61,872 bases of DNA. Origin: Dehalococcoidia bacterium (GTDB lineage: Bacteria > Chloroflexota > Dehalococcoidia > DSTF01 > RBG-16-68-14). Below, piece after piece: positions 9,148 to 19,419 of the stretch (positions are counted from its first letter, which is position 1; every line of letters begins with the position of its first letter). Position numbers and translations under genes: made by a program. The stretch spans positions 1 through 61,872 of the forward strand of contig JBBEBM010000072.1 in NCBI GenBank assembly GCA_040882355.1, read 5' to 3'. Below the pieces are notes generated by a model. That model had not been told where the DNA came from and ran no database searches. It saw only the letters and a list, made by a program, of their open reading frames with translations.

Positions 9148-10065
9148 TTAGCTCAGGTGTGCCACCGAAGCGGGCTCCGGCGTCTCTTTAGCAAGTCGCG
9201 ACTCGCGCCAGAGGGAGTGGAAGACGTACCACTGGTCCGCGTGCTTCCGAACGAGCGGCTCCAGCGCGTGCATGATCCGCTGCGTCAGCTCGCGCACGTC
9301 GCGCTCTTCGTCGCCGGTCGGTTCGTATCGGGCGGAACGAATGTCCACCACGGGCCGGATGATCGTGTCGCGCTGCGGGTCGCGCAGGACAATCGCTGGC
9401 ACCACCCAGGCGCCGGTCCGTAGCGCGAGCCGCGCCGGCGCCGACGACACTTCGGCCTGGCCGCCCATGAAATCGACAGTGATCCCCTGGCCGGCGGCCG
9501 GCACGTCGATGAGCATCGCCAGCATCTCGCCTCGCTTTAGCGCCCGGAAGACGCCGGGCCCCACGCGCTCTGCCGGAATCACCTTCATGCCCAGCTTCTC
9601 CCGCGAGCCGTGTATCAGATCGCGCATGCGCGGGTAGCTGAAGCTCTCGGCGATCGCGTTGATGGGGTAATCATACGTCGCGAGCACCGCCGCGCCCAAA
9701 TCCCAGACCCCGAAGTGCATCGTAACCATCAACACCCCCCGCCCGCTCTCAATCGTCTCATCCAGGTCCGTCCACTGAGCGAAGGCGACGCGCTGGCGCA
9801 CCTCCTCGCGCTTGACCTGGGGGAAATGGATGAAGTCGATGACGAACTTGCCGAAGTTGCGGAACGCCCGCCGCGCCACGATCTCCGCCTCTTGCGGGTC
9901 GTTCGTGTCCAGCGCCCAGGCGAGGTTCTCCTTCAGCGCCCGGCGCTGCTTCGTGAAGAAGTGATAGCAGACCGAAGCAACCGCGGCGGCAACGCGGTAG
10001 CCCAGCCACAACGGCAAAGGGCGGGTGAGGAAGATCGTCAGCCGGAACAGCCAGTAGACGACCAA
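9148..10065 (-). CDS. second LpxL/PatA-family acyltransferase
   Basis: TMHFGVWD, MLID, VDFMG, PARLALRTGA, DQWY. Confidence 0.85.
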   Translation of the reverse strand: MVVYWLFRLTIFLTRPLPLWLGYRVAAAVASVCYHFFTKQRRALKENLAWALDTNDPQEAEIVARRAFRNFGKFVIDFIHFPQVKREEVRQRVAFAQWTDLDETIESGRGVLMVTMHFGVWDLGAAVLATYDYPINAIAESFSYPRMRDLIHGSREKLGMKVIPAERVGPGVFRALKRGEMLAMLIDVPAAGQGITVDFMGGQAEVSSAPARLALRTGAWVVPAIVLRDPQRDTIIRPVVDIRSARYEPTGDEERDVRELTQRIMHALEPLVRKHADQWYVFHSLWRESRLAKETPEPASVAHLS

Positions 10066-10068
10066 CCG

Positions 10069-11391
10069 CTATGCCTCGGCGATGAACGCCTCCACCATCT
10101 CGCGCGCGTCGTCATCACGATGCTGAACGGGCGGCGACTTCATGAAGTACGCAGACGGCCCCTCCAGCGCGCCCGAGATGCCCCGGTCCAGCGCCACCTT
10201 GCAGCAGCGGATCGCGTCGATCACCACGCCCGCCGAGTTCGGGCTGTCCCACACCTCCATCTTCACCTCGACGTTCAGCGGCACGTTGCCGAAGGTTGTC
10301 CCCTCCAGCCGGATGTAGGCCCACTTCCGGTCCAGCAGCCACGGCACGTAGTCGCTGGGCCCGACATGAATGTCGCCCATCGGCATCTCATAGTCTAGCT
10401 GGGACGCCACGGCGTTCGTCTTCGAGATCTTCTTCGATTCCAAGCGCTCCCGCTCCAGCATATTGAGAAAGTCCGTGTTACCGCCAAAGTTGAGCTGGTA
10501 GGTGCGGTCCAAGAGCACCCCGCGGTCGCGGAAGAGCCTCGTCAGCATGCGATGGACGATCGTGGAGCCCACCTGCGACTTGATGTCGTCGCCCACGATA
10601 GGCAGGCCCAGCTCCTTGAACCGCCCCTGCCAGTAGCCCTCCCGGGCGATGAACACCGGGATGCAGTTGACGAAGGCGCAGCCCGCCGCCAGCACCTGCT
10701 CCACATACCACTTGGTCGCCGTCTCCGAGCCGACGGGCAGGTAGTTCACGACCACGTGGGTGTCCGTATCGCGCAGGATGTTCACAATGTCGTGCGTCGA
10801 CCCGGGCGCCTTGTGGATCACGCCCGAGAGGTACTTGCCGAGCCCATCGTGGGTCATGCCCCGCGAGACGCGCACGCCCAGCTTCGGGACCTCGGAGAAC
10901 TGGTAGGTGTTGTTGGGTGGCGCGAAGATCGCCTCTGACACGTCCTTGCCCACCTTGTTCGCGTCCACGTCGAAGGCGGCGACGACGTTGATGTCGCGCA
11001 CGTGATAGCCGCCGAGCTCGACGTGCATCAGGCCGGGAACGGACTCGTCCTTCCCCGCGTCCCGGTAGAAGTGGACGCCCTGCACCAGCGACGACGCGCA
11101 GTTCCCGACTCCGATGAGCGCCACGTTCACCGGCCCGCCGCCATTCGGCCCGGCGGCCCGCTGCGCCAGCGCGGTCCTTGTGCCGCCGTTCGTCGCGAAC
11201 AGCTCGGCTTCGGCGATGCCGAGCGTCTCGGCCACGCCCTTTTTGAAGCGCTTGCTCGGCGACTTGCCGCCTGACTTTACCTGGGAGAGGTACGTCTCGC
11301 TGAAGTTGTAGCCGCGCTGCCGCAACTGCTCCACCAGCCAGCGCTGCTTGTGTCCGCGCTCCGCCAGCACATCGAAGAGCTTTCCACTCAT
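10069..11391 (-). CDS. ino1: inositol-3-phosphate synthase with N-terminal XRE-like HTH
   Basis: [60 protein letters not shown]-terminal QRWL...[16 protein letters not shown]...VAETLG; SD GGAGGT before ATG 11391. Confidence 0.92.
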   Translation of the reverse strand: MSGKLFDVLAERGHKQRWLVEQLRQRGYNFSETYLSQVKSGGKSPSKRFKKGVAETLGIAEAELFATNGGTRTALAQRAAGPNGGGPVNVALIGVGNCASSLVQGVHFYRDAGKDESVPGLMHVELGGYHVRDINVVAAFDVDANKVGKDVSEAIFAPPNNTYQFSEVPKLGVRVSRGMTHDGLGKYLSGVIHKAPGSTHDIVNILRDTDTHVVVNYLPVGSETATKWYVEQVLAAGCAFVNCIPVFIAREGYWQGRFKELGLPIVGDDIKSQVGSTIVHRMLTRLFRDRGVLLDRTYQLNFGGNTDFLNMLERERLESKKISKTNAVASQLDYEMPMGDIHVGPSDYVPWLLDRKWAYIRLEGTTFGNVPLNVEVKMEVWDSPNSAGVVIDAIRCCKVALDRGISGALEGPSAYFMKSPPVQHRDDDAREMVEAFIAEA

Positions 11392-11415
11392 GTAACCCAC
11401 CTCCGGTCAAGTTTT

Positions 11416-11457
11416 CCTTACCAGACTCAGGGTAAGGCCGGGGGTCAGGGCCGTCAA
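11416..11457 (-). promoter_or_regulatory. sigma70-type promoter of ino1 with overlapping inverted repeat
   Basis: TTGACG(11457-11452)-N17-TACCCT(11434-11429); dyad CCTTACC-N8-GGTAAGG at 11416-11437. Confidence 0.6.
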
Positions 11458-11498
11458 GAGTAAATCTTTCTTTACCAACGCGCACCCTGCCGGGCGCC

Positions 11499-11530
11499 GA
11501 TGAGGGTGGCGCGCGTGCGCCACCCTCATC
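11499..11530. terminator. perfect 14-bp hairpin downstream of DUF5679 gene
   Basis: GATGAGGGTGGCGC-gcgt-GCGCCACCCTCATC; no canonical 3' U-tract on the minus strand. Confidence 0.5.
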
Positions 11531-11554
11531 GAAAAACGCGGAGTGTCGTGTCGG

Positions 11555-11695
11555 CTAGCCCTTGCCGATGCGGTACATCTGTGTGCCGCACACCGGGCAC
11601 TTGCCCCGCGTGGCCGGCTTGCCGTTCTTCATCGTCACCTGTTGCGCGTCCTGCATCTCCCGCTGGGTTCGGCACTTGAGACAATACGCCTGCAT
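11555..11695 (-). CDS. DUF5679-like small Zn-ribbon protein (46 aa, absent from ORF track)
   Basis: MQAYCLKCRTQREMQDAQQVTMKNGKPATRGKCPVCGTQMYRIGKG; two CxxC; SD GGAGGAG. Confidence 0.85.
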   Translation of the reverse strand: MQAYCLKCRTQREMQDAQQVTMKNGKPATRGKCPVCGTQMYRIGKG

Positions 11696-11847
11696 CTGGA
11701 AGTCTCCTCCCTTTCCGTGCTGCGCAGGAGAGCAAGCCCTCCTGCTTTGCTGAGCGACCCTCGTCGCGTCCTGCTCGACGTGCGTGCCCTGTGAGGGCTT
11801 GGTTGATATAGCCGCCTGCGGCGGCAGGCCAGATTCAGTTAGCTAGA

Positions 11848-11875
11848 ATCATAGCCCTTTTCAAGCCCGTGTCAA
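11848..11875 (-). promoter_or_regulatory. sigma70-type promoter for DUF5679 gene
   Basis: TTGACA-N16-TATGAT. Confidence 0.65.
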
Positions 11876-11907
11876 GGGAGGCTGGATACGAATTTACGCA
11901 CTACTTT

Positions 11908-12813
11908 CTACAGCGGAGCGAAGACTTTCTCCGGCTGCCACCGTTCGGCGCCGCGATAACGCAGGATCGCGAGGAACTCGCCGTCGCTTGAATAGGCCCG
12001 GCAGAGCGCTTCGGCATCAGGCTCGCCCCGCTCCATCCGCAGCGGTTCCAGGAGCACCAGCCGCCCGCAGCGCACATCTAGAACGTGCTCGCCTTCGAGC
12101 AGCGCCGCCTGCCACGACTCAAGGACACGGTCCGGCGGCAGCAGCAGCTCTCGCCATGTGTCCGCTCGCACCGCCGACTCGAACTCATCGAGATCTATCG
12201 TGTCCTCAAGCGTGAACGGCCCGCTGCGCAGGCGCGTCAGCGCCTCCAGGTGACCGCCGCAGGCCAGACGCTGGCCGAGGTCGTGGGCGATACTGCGCAC
12301 GTAAGCGCCCCGCCCGCATTCGATCTCGACCTCCACCAACGGCGGGTCGAAGCGCAGCAGCTCGATGCGGTACACGTTCACCGTTCGCTCCTCTCGAGGC
12401 GCCTCCTTGCCTTCCCGCGCGTAGCGATAGAGCGGCTTGCCGGCGTGCTTCAGCGCGCTGTACATCGGCGGGAGCTGGCGGATCGGGCCCACGAAGGCGA
12501 GCAGCGCCTCCTCCACATCGGCCTGCGTGACGCGGCCCGGGTCGGCCGTGGCGACGACAGCGCCCTCGCTGTCGTACGTGTCGGTCGTCACGCCCAGGCG
12601 AACGGTGCCGCGATACGCCTTCGGCGAGTCGACCAGGTACTCGACGATACGCGTGGCGCCGCCCAGGCACACCGGCAGCACGCCGTCCGCGATCGGGTCC
12701 AGCGTCCCGGCGTGGCCCACGCGCTTTACGCCGGTGAGCCGCCTCACAAGCGAGACGACTGCGAACGACGCCTTGCCCCGCGGCTTGTTGATGTTGAGGA
12801 TGCCCTGGGTCAC
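11908..12813 (-). CDS. truB: tRNA pseudouridine(55) synthase
   Basis: GHAGTLDP, PPMYSALK, GAYVRS. Confidence 0.96.
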   Translation of the reverse strand: MTQGILNINKPRGKASFAVVSLVRRLTGVKRVGHAGTLDPIADGVLPVCLGGATRIVEYLVDSPKAYRGTVRLGVTTDTYDSEGAVVATADPGRVTQADVEEALLAFVGPIRQLPPMYSALKHAGKPLYRYAREGKEAPREERTVNVYRIELLRFDPPLVEVEIECGRGAYVRSIAHDLGQRLACGGHLEALTRLRSGPFTLEDTIDLDEFESAVRADTWRELLLPPDRVLESWQAALLEGEHVLDVRCGRLVLLEPLRMERGEPDAEALCRAYSSDGEFLAILRYRGAERWQPEKVFAPL

Positions 12814-12822
12814 GGCTGAGGC

Positions 12823-13173
12823 TTAGCTGCGACCTTCGCGCGTCTGGTCCAGGAGCGAGAGGATGCGCGCGCCGCGCTCGATCGAGTCGTCGGCCAGGAA
12901 GGCCAGCTCCGGCGTTCTGCGAATGGTCAGCCGCTTGCGCAGCTCGCGCTCCAGGAAGTGCGCCGCCGCGTCCAGCGCCTTGAACGTGCCGGTCTTTTCT
13001 TCGTCTGTGCCGAGGACGCTCACGTAGACCTTCGCGTGGCGGAAGTCGGGAGAGATGTCCACCTCAGTAATCGTAACGAGCCCGCCGACGCGTGGGTCCT
13101 TCATCTCGCGGAGGAGCAGATCGCTGATCTCCTCACGGAGCAGGTCGTTCACGCGTTCCGTCCTGCGGCTCAT
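12823..13173 (-). CDS. rbfA: ribosome-binding factor A
   Basis: KDPR..LVTITEV..SPD...AKVYVS, RRTPEL.F..D.S. Confidence 0.95.
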   Translation of the reverse strand: MSRRTERVNDLLREEISDLLLREMKDPRVGGLVTITEVDISPDFRHAKVYVSVLGTDEEKTGTFKALDAAAHFLERELRKRLTIRRTPELAFLADDSIERGARILSLLDQTREGRS

Positions 13174-13227
13174 GGGAAGCACCTCCGACTGCGGATGGTC
13201 AGGTAGACGGCGTGGAGACCGAGCGCC

Positions 13228-15099
13228 CTACGCGCGAGCCGTGCTCAGCTCGCGCCGGTAAAACTCCAGGACGTCGCCCTCCTGGAAGTCGGTAAAGTCG
13301 TCAAGCGTGATGCCGCACTCGAAGCCGGTCTGCACCTCGCGGGCGTCCTCCTGGAAACGGCGGAGGGCCGCGATCTTCGTGTCAGCCAGCACCTGGTCGC
13401 CGCGTTGCACTCGGACCAGATCGCTCCGTGTGATCGTGCCGTCGCGGACGTAGGCGCCCCCGACCTGGTTGCGACGCCGGATCTGGAACACCTGGCGCAC
13501 CTCTGCGTGCGCGGTCACGACTTCCACGTAGACCGGCTCCAGCAGGCCCTGCAGCGCCTTATCCACGTCCTCTGTGATGTGATAGATCACGCTGTAGTGG
13601 CGCAGGTCAATGCCCTCTTGCTCGATCAAGCGCTGGGCGCCCGGCTCGACCGGCGTATTGAAGGCGATGATGATCCCCTTGGAAGCGACCGCGAGCATGG
13701 CGTCCGACTCCGTCACCGAGCCCGATGCACCGTGGATCACCTTCACCCGCACCTGCTCGTTGCTCAGCTTCTCCAGCGACTGCCGGATCGGCTCGATGCT
13801 GCCCTGCACGTCGGTCTTCAGGATCAGGTTGAGGTCCTTCACTTTGCCGGCGCTGATCTCGCCGAAGAGCGTATCGAGAGTCACGCGCGGCTGGTTGTGG
13901 AGGGCCGCCGCCTCGCGCTCGCGCAGGCGCAGGAGCACGATCTGGCGGGCGGTCTTGTCATCGGCGACCACATTCAGCGTGTCGCCGGCGCGAGCGACCT
14001 CCTGCAAACCCAGGACGGCCGCCGGCTCAGCCGGGCCGGCCTCCTTGATGCGCCGCCCATGCTCGTTGAACATCGCCTTGACGCGACCCCACGTCTCGGC
14101 CACGACCGCCACGTCGCCGACGTGAAGCGTGCCGGTCTGCACCAGCACCGTAGCCGTCGGCCCGCGCGAACGGTCCATCTCGGCCTCGATCACCACGCCT
14201 ACGGCCGGCCTGTTCGGGTTCGCCTTGAGCTCCAGCACCTCCGAGGCGACCAGGATGTTCTCCAGCAGCTCCGGGATGCCCTCGCCTGTCTTCGCCGACA
14301 CGCCGACGCAGATCACGTCGCCGCCGTACTCCTCGATGTTCAGGCTCTGCTCGGCAAGCTGTTGCTTGACGCGGTCGGGCTTGGCGCCCTCAAGGTCGAT
14401 CTTCGTTAGTGCAACGACGATCGGCACGCCCGCGGCTCGAGCGTGGTCGATCGCCTCCATCGTTTGAGGCATGATCCCGTCGTCCGCAGCGACCACCAGC
14501 ACCGCGACGTCCGTGACGCGCGCGCCTCGTGCGCGCATCGCTGTGAACGCCTCGTGGCCGGGCGTGTCGAGGAAGCTGATGCGCTGGCCGTTGACGTCGA
14601 CCTGATAGGCGCCGATGTGCTGAGTGATACCCCCCGCCTCGCCCGCGGTCACTTTCGTCTTGCGAATAGCGTCCAGGAGGCTCGTCTTGCCGTGATCGAC
14701 GTGGCCCAGCACCGTCACTACCGGCGGCCGGTGCGAGAGCACAGCGCCCTCTTCCTCTTCGATGCGCGTGCTCGGGCGTTCCGCCTCATCGGCGGCGACG
14801 GGCACGATCTCCTCGGTGCTCTCCTCCTGCGGCTCGTAGCCCAGGTCGTGCGCCACGATCGCCGCCGTCTCGAAGTCGATGCTCTGGTTGATCGTCGCCA
14901 TCACCCCGTTCTTCATCAACTCCTTGATCACCTCGACGGGGGAGATGCGCATGAGCTCGCCCAGCTCCTTCACGGTGAGAACGCGCGGGATCTGGATAGC
15001 CCGCGTGCCGTTCGTCTCCTGGACAACCGGTGGTGGCGGTGGCGCCTGGGCCGTCCGCCGCTTCGGCGGCCTGTTACGTTGTGGACGTCGCGTTGCCAT
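13228..15099 (-). CDS. infB: translation initiation factor IF-2
   Basis: [38 protein letters not shown]; start reset to MATRR. Confidence 0.97.
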   Translation of the reverse strand: MATRRPQRNRPPKRRTAQAPPPPPVVQETNGTRAIQIPRVLTVKELGELMRISPVEVIKELMKNGVMATINQSIDFETAAIVAHDLGYEPQEESTEEIVPVAADEAERPSTRIEEEEGAVLSHRPPVVTVLGHVDHGKTSLLDAIRKTKVTAGEAGGITQHIGAYQVDVNGQRISFLDTPGHEAFTAMRARGARVTDVAVLVVAADDGIMPQTMEAIDHARAAGVPIVVALTKIDLEGAKPDRVKQQLAEQSLNIEEYGGDVICVGVSAKTGEGIPELLENILVASEVLELKANPNRPAVGVVIEAEMDRSRGPTATVLVQTGTLHVGDVAVVAETWGRVKAMFNEHGRRIKEAGPAEPAAVLGLQEVARAGDTLNVVADDKTARQIVLLRLREREAAALHNQPRVTLDTLFGEISAGKVKDLNLILKTDVQGSIEPIRQSLEKLSNEQVRVKVIHGASGSVTESDAMLAVASKGIIIAFNTPVEPGAQRLIEQEGIDLRHYSVIYHITEDVDKALQGLLEPVYVEVVTAHAEVRQVFQIRRRNQVGGAYVRDGTITRSDLVRVQRGDQVLADTKIAALRRFQEDAREVQTGFECGITLDDFTDFQEGDVLEFYRRELSTARA

Positions 15100-15101
15100 A
15101 C

Positions 15102-15422
15102 CTATCCCGCGACAGGGGCCGGCGCAAGGCGCTCGGCGTGGCGCGTAAGCTCCTCTCGTACCCGCTGTGAAATCGTGACGCGTAGCGCGCGCCCCAGCCG
15201 GTCCTTTTGCAGCGCCGCCTCCCAGCACTCCTGGCGAGCGCAGATGTACGCGCCGCGACCGTTTCGCTTGCCCGTCTCATCCACCTCCACGGCGCCTTCA
15301 GGTGTGCGCACGACTCGTATGAATTCGCGCTTGGCGCTGGTCGCGCGGCAGCCGACGCAGGTGCGCTGTGGGACGTGCTTCGGCCGGGCTGGCGTCGCTG
15401 CGCTAGTGGATCGCGTAGTCAA
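15102..15422 (-). CDS. ylxR: YlxR/RnpM family RNA-binding protein
   Basis: [16 protein letters not shown]; lies between nusA and infB. Confidence 0.92.
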   Translation of the reverse strand: MTTRSTSAATPARPKHVPQRTCVGCRATSAKREFIRVVRTPEGAVEVDETGKRNGRGAYICARQECWEAALQKDRLGRALRVTISQRVREELTRHAERLAPAPVAG

Positions 15423-16848
15423 ACTCTTCGTCGTCCTCTTCTACCGCGACGCGCTTCGGCCGCTTCGCCTTCTTCGGCTTGGCCGCAGCCTTCGCCTCGT
15501 CTTCGTCCTCGGGCTTCGTCGCCTTGGCCCTCTTCGCCTGCTCACCAGCGGGCAGCACTTCCTCGGCGAAGCGGATCTGCGGCTTCGCCGGCTCCGCCTC
15601 GGCGGGCGTGGCGTCATCGGCGACAGGCGCAGGCTCGCGGTCCGCGATAATCTGCTCCTCGCTCACCTCTCCGAAGGAGAGCACCGCCTCCTCCTCAGGC
15701 GTCAGCGGCTTCGCTTCCAGCGCGGCGGACGTAGCCGCCTCTGCCTCGACGGGCGCCGGCGGCTCTTCGACGACCGGCGGCCGGATCGCCGCCTCTGGGT
15801 GCTCGGCGATGTACTCCTCGTACGCCGATTGGCTCTTGATATCGATGCGCCAGCCGGTCAGCTTGGCGGCGAGGCGGGCGTTCTGGCCTTCCTTGCCGAT
15901 GGCGAGCGAGAGCTGACGGTCGGGAACGACCACCTCAGCCGTATTCGTGGCCTGATCGATGCCGACTTCCATCACCTGCGCCGGACTGAGCGCGTGCGCG
16001 ACGAGTCGCGAGGCCTCCGGGTCCCAGAGCACCACGTCGATGCGCTCGCCGTTGAGCTCGTTCACGACGTTCTGGATGCGCAGGCCGCGCAGGCCGACGC
16101 AGGCGCCCACCGGGTCGACGCCATCCTGGTTCGACCAGACGGCGACCTTGCTCCGGAAGCCGCCCTCCCGAGCGATCGCCTTGATCTCCACGGTCCCCTT
16201 AAAGATCTCCGGCACCTCTAGCTCAAAGAGGCGCCGGATCAGGTTCTTGTGCGTGCGAGAGACCACCACCTGGGGGCCCTTCGCCGCCTTGTAAACCTCC
16301 AGGACGTAGAACTTATGGCGCTGGCCAGGTCGATAATGCTCGGCGCGTACCTGTTCGGCGGGCGGCAGCACCGCCTCGGCCTTGTCGAGCTCGACAATGA
16401 CGTTGCGACCTTCCATGCGCACGACCTCGCCCGAGACGATATCGCCCTCCTGGCCCGAGTACTTCTCGAAGACCACGTCGCGTTCCGCCTCGCGGAGCCG
16501 CTGCAGCACCACCTGCTTCGCCGTCTGCGCCGCGATCCGGCCTGAGGTCTGGGCGGCGACTTCGGTATCGATGTGCTCGCCCATCTGGATGCCCGGCTTC
16601 ATCCGCCGCGCCTCCTCCAGGACGAGCTCCGTGCGCGGGTCAGTGATCTCCTCGACCACTGTCTGCCGTTTGAAGACGTGCGTCGCGCCCGTGGTCGGAT
16701 CGATCTTCACCACGACGTTCGCCGTAGCGAGGTCATCCTTCTTGTAGGCGGAGGCGAGGGCGGTTTCGACCGCCTCGAAGACGACCTCCTTCGGGAGGTT
16801 CTTCTCCGCCGCCAGTTGCGTGATGGCGATCAGGAATTCATTCTTCAC
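15403..16848 (-). CDS. nusA: transcription termination factor NusA with acidic C-terminal extension
   Basis: [53 protein letters not shown] start after GGAGGT. Confidence 0.96.
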   Translation of the reverse strand: MKNEFLIAITQLAAEKNLPKEVVFEAVETALASAYKKDDLATANVVVKIDPTTGATHVFKRQTVVEEITDPRTELVLEEARRMKPGIQMGEHIDTEVAAQTSGRIAAQTAKQVVLQRLREAERDVVFEKYSGQEGDIVSGEVVRMEGRNVIVELDKAEAVLPPAEQVRAEHYRPGQRHKFYVLEVYKAAKGPQVVVSRTHKNLIRRLFELEVPEIFKGTVEIKAIAREGGFRSKVAVWSNQDGVDPVGACVGLRGLRIQNVVNELNGERIDVVLWDPEASRLVAHALSPAQVMEVGIDQATNTAEVVVPDRQLSLAIGKEGQNARLAAKLTGWRIDIKSQSAYEEYIAEHPEAAIRPPVVEEPPAPVEAEAATSAALEAKPLTPEEEAVLSFGEVSEEQIIADREPAPVADDATPAEAEPAKPQIRFAEEVLPAGEQAKRAKATKPEDEDEAKAAAKPKKAKRPKRVAVEEDDEEFDYAIH

Positions 16849-16890
16849 TTGTTCGTACCTCCAGCGAGGAACGCCCGGGGCCATCTGAAC

Positions 16891-16925
16891 AAAAAAGTGG
16901 GTCGCAACCCACTTCTTGAGAAGTG
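16891..16925 (-). terminator. leader terminator/attenuator of the nusA operon
   Basis: AAGTGGG-ttgcga-CCCACTT followed by a T run, overlapped by competing hairpin CACTTCT-ca-AGAAGTG; TGcTATAGT -10 at 16948-16940. Confidence 0.75.
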
Positions 16926-17069
16926 CTCCGGTCGGCCTCACTATAGCACGACGCCTTGAGGCCTCGCAAGGCGGCGTACTCGCCCGTAACATCCCGCGCG
17001 CCTGGGTGGATAGAACAGGCGAACCCGATGGACAGGAGCGTTTCTCCTGCCAGGGAACGGAGGTGCCAC

Positions 17070-17654
17070 ATGCCGCAGGACGAACCACAATCCGAACCAC
17101 CGATGTCGTCGAACCCGATGACCCGCCGCTTGCTCGCCGGCGCCCTCGCCGCGCTGCTGGTGGGCGTGCCGACCATCGGCGTGCTCGCCGCCAGCGACCC
17201 CGCCGGCGTCCGCTCCTCGGTCGGCGACATGGTACGCCCCAAACAGGACGACGACCACGATGACTTCGACGACCTCGGCATCGACCCCACGCCGGACGGC
17301 GACGGCTCCCTCTCGCCGCCCGCCGGGGTCGACCCGACAGCCACGATGACCACGAAGCCAACCGACGTCGTGACGGCGGAACCGCCTGCAACAGACGTGC
17401 CGGACGGCACTGCCACGCCGCCGCCGAACGACGACTCGCCTGACAGTCCGGATTCGGTCGACGGCGACGACTCGCCGGACAGCCCGGACTCCGCCGATGG
17501 CCCCGATTCGCCCGACGAGGACAACAGCGGGTCGGGTAACGCCGACGATGGGGATGACGACGATGACCACTCAGGCCCCGGCGACAACAGCGGCCCGGGC
17601 AACGACCACGACGACGGCGATGACGATGATCACGATGACGAGAACGCCGACTAA
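17070..17654 (+). CDS. exported Asp/Pro-rich low-complexity protein
   Basis: RRLL plus hydrophobic signal/anchor; DSPDSP, DDDHSGPG, DNSGPG repeats; SD GGAGGT. Confidence 0.7.
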   Translation: MPQDEPQSEPPMSSNPMTRRLLAGALAALLVGVPTIGVLAASDPAGVRSSVGDMVRPKQDDDHDDFDDLGIDPTPDGDGSLSPPAGVDPTATMTTKPTDVVTAEPPATDVPDGTATPPPNDDSPDSPDSVDGDDSPDSPDSADGPDSPDEDNSGSGNADDGDDDDDHSGPGDNSGPGNDHDDGDDDDHDDENAD

Positions 17655-17685
17655 GGGCCGGTAGCCGGCCATCGGAGAAGTCCGG

Positions 17686-18915
17686 GTGACCGCTCCACTC
17701 ACCCACGCGCCCGAGCTTGCGCCTCTCCCCACCGATGAGGCGCTGCCCGGGCTTCTCCATCTCCTCGACCCCGACTGGGTGTGGGAGCGTTACTGTGCGA
17801 CCTTCGGTGAACCCGACGAGGCGCCGGATCGCATTCGACCGCTCCAGCTCCTGTACCGGCAAGGCCGGCGCGCCCTGCTGGCCTACGCGGCCGAGCGTCG
17901 CTGGGACCAGTGGGTCGTCGAAGAGCAGTTCGCCATCGAGCTGCGCGCGAGGCACGGCGAGCGCGTCTTTCGCTATCCGGACGACCCGTACCTGCCGGGC
18001 CTTGCGCGCGCCGCCTCCGCTGCCGACGCCCAGACACTGCTGACGCAGCACGTCTCGCTACATCCGCAGCGCCTCAACGTCGAGCTGCTCCGATACCGGC
18101 CCGGCAACCGCGCAGTCCTGCGCCACATCGCGGGCTGGCGGCGCGGCGGGGCGCCGGAGCTCACGCTCTACGCGCGGGCGATGCCACCCAAGCGCATCGG
18201 CAGGCTCATTCGCGCGGCCGAGATCGTGCGGCACTCAGGATTCGCGCTGCCCGAGATAATCGGGTGCTGGGAGGAGGGCGGCGTCGCGTGGCTCACGAAC
18301 GCCCCCGGCGAGACCGTACGCTCGCTCATTCGCGCAGGCACGCCTCCGCGCCCAGGAGCCATCATCGAACCGCTGGCGCAACTCTGGGCAGTGCCGCTCT
18401 CGTCGGAATCGAATCGCGGTTTCGATTTGCCTGGTTCGTTTGAATGGACGGAGCGCCTCCTTTCGTGCGTGCTGCCCGAGGGCGACGCGCACGAGACGTT
18501 ACGCCTCGTCGCCGATCGCCTGCGACCGTTCGCGGGGAGCTGGCGTCCGACCGCCCTCGCCCACAACGACTTCTACGACGACCAACTCGTGTTAACGCCG
18601 GCAGGCACGTTAGCCCTCGTCGACTTCGAGGAGGCAGGGCCCGGCGATCCGCTGTTAGACGTGGGCAACCTGCTCGCGCATCTGCGCTGGATGAGCCGTT
18701 CTGGCGCAAATGCCGAGGCCTGCGCTGCGTACCACCAGCGCTTTCGAGCGGCCGCCCTCCAACGCTTCGGTTGGAGCGAGCACGACCTCGCCCTGCGCGA
18801 GGCCTTCGCGATCTTTCGCCTCTCGACGAACCCCTTCCGCCAGCTCCGCCGCGACTGGCCGCTGGCCGTCCAACAGGGCCTTGAGCTAGCGCTGGAGACG
18901 CTAGACGAAGCGTAA
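17686..18915 (+). CDS. aminoglycoside phosphotransferase/choline kinase-fold protein
   Basis: HNDFYDDQ, LVDFE..G.GDP..DVGN. Confidence 0.8.
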   Translation: MTAPLTHAPELAPLPTDEALPGLLHLLDPDWVWERYCATFGEPDEAPDRIRPLQLLYRQGRRALLAYAAERRWDQWVVEEQFAIELRARHGERVFRYPDDPYLPGLARAASAADAQTLLTQHVSLHPQRLNVELLRYRPGNRAVLRHIAGWRRGGAPELTLYARAMPPKRIGRLIRAAEIVRHSGFALPEIIGCWEEGGVAWLTNAPGETVRSLIRAGTPPRPGAIIEPLAQLWAVPLSSESNRGFDLPGSFEWTERLLSCVLPEGDAHETLRLVADRLRPFAGSWRPTALAHNDFYDDQLVLTPAGTLALVDFEEAGPGDPLLDVGNLLAHLRWMSRSGANAEACAAYHQRFRAAALQRFGWSEHDLALREAFAIFRLSTNPFRQLRRDWPLAVQQGLELALETLDEA

Positions 18916-18921
18916 AGCCAG

Positions 18922-19407
18922 CTAGAAAAGGCGCTTGCGGCGGCGTTCCGAGAACGGCTCGTAGCCGAGCGCCTGCCACACGTCGCGTCCCAGCTCGTTT
19001 GCGACGATGACGTTCAGCTCGATCTCGGACGCGCCCTGCTTGCGGAGCCACGCTTCAGCCGCGTCGACCAGCCGGGAGCCGATGCGCCGGCCGCGCAGGT
19101 CCGGCTTCAGGTAGACGTTGTCGATGTTGCCGAGCTTGCCCTCGAAAATCGTGTCGGTGGTCTCGGTCACGTGCCCGCTAAGGAAGCCCATTGCGCGACC
19201 ACCGGCGCGCACGAAGAGCAGCAGCCCGCTACCGGTACTGAGCACAGGCGCCATCTCGGCCTTTATGTGCTCCTCCCAGTCCGGTGAGAGCTTCTGGCCC
19301 GTTAGCGGTTCGTGGTAGTCGATCAGCTCCCGCAGCAAGCCGCGGAGCTCAGGCCAGGCCCGTTCGAGGTTGGCCTCTTCGGTGATTTCGACATCGTCGC
19401 CGGCCAC
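18922..19407 (-). CDS. GNAT acetyltransferase
   Basis: YLKPDLRGRRIG, LNV...N......W..LGY. Confidence 0.88.
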   Translation of the reverse strand: MAGDDVEITEEANLERAWPELRGLLRELIDYHEPLTGQKLSPDWEEHIKAEMAPVLSTGSGLLLFVRAGGRAMGFLSGHVTETTDTIFEGKLGNIDNVYLKPDLRGRRIGSRLVDAAEAWLRKQGASEIELNVIVANELGRDVWQALGYEPFSERRRKRLF

Positions 19408-19419
19408 CCTTCGCTCCGG

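Noticed and set aside
11800..11847. c-di-AMP riboswitch (CTGAATC, AGCTAAC words)
   Set aside because: Motifs are in the wrong order and the GGGG/CCCC pairing core is missing
16849..18051. 400-aa N-terminal extension of NusA (likewise extensions of PMM, IF-2, SDR, GT-C)
   Set aside because: Overlaps real opposite-strand or adjacent genes; family-typical starts lie downstream, several with a clear SD
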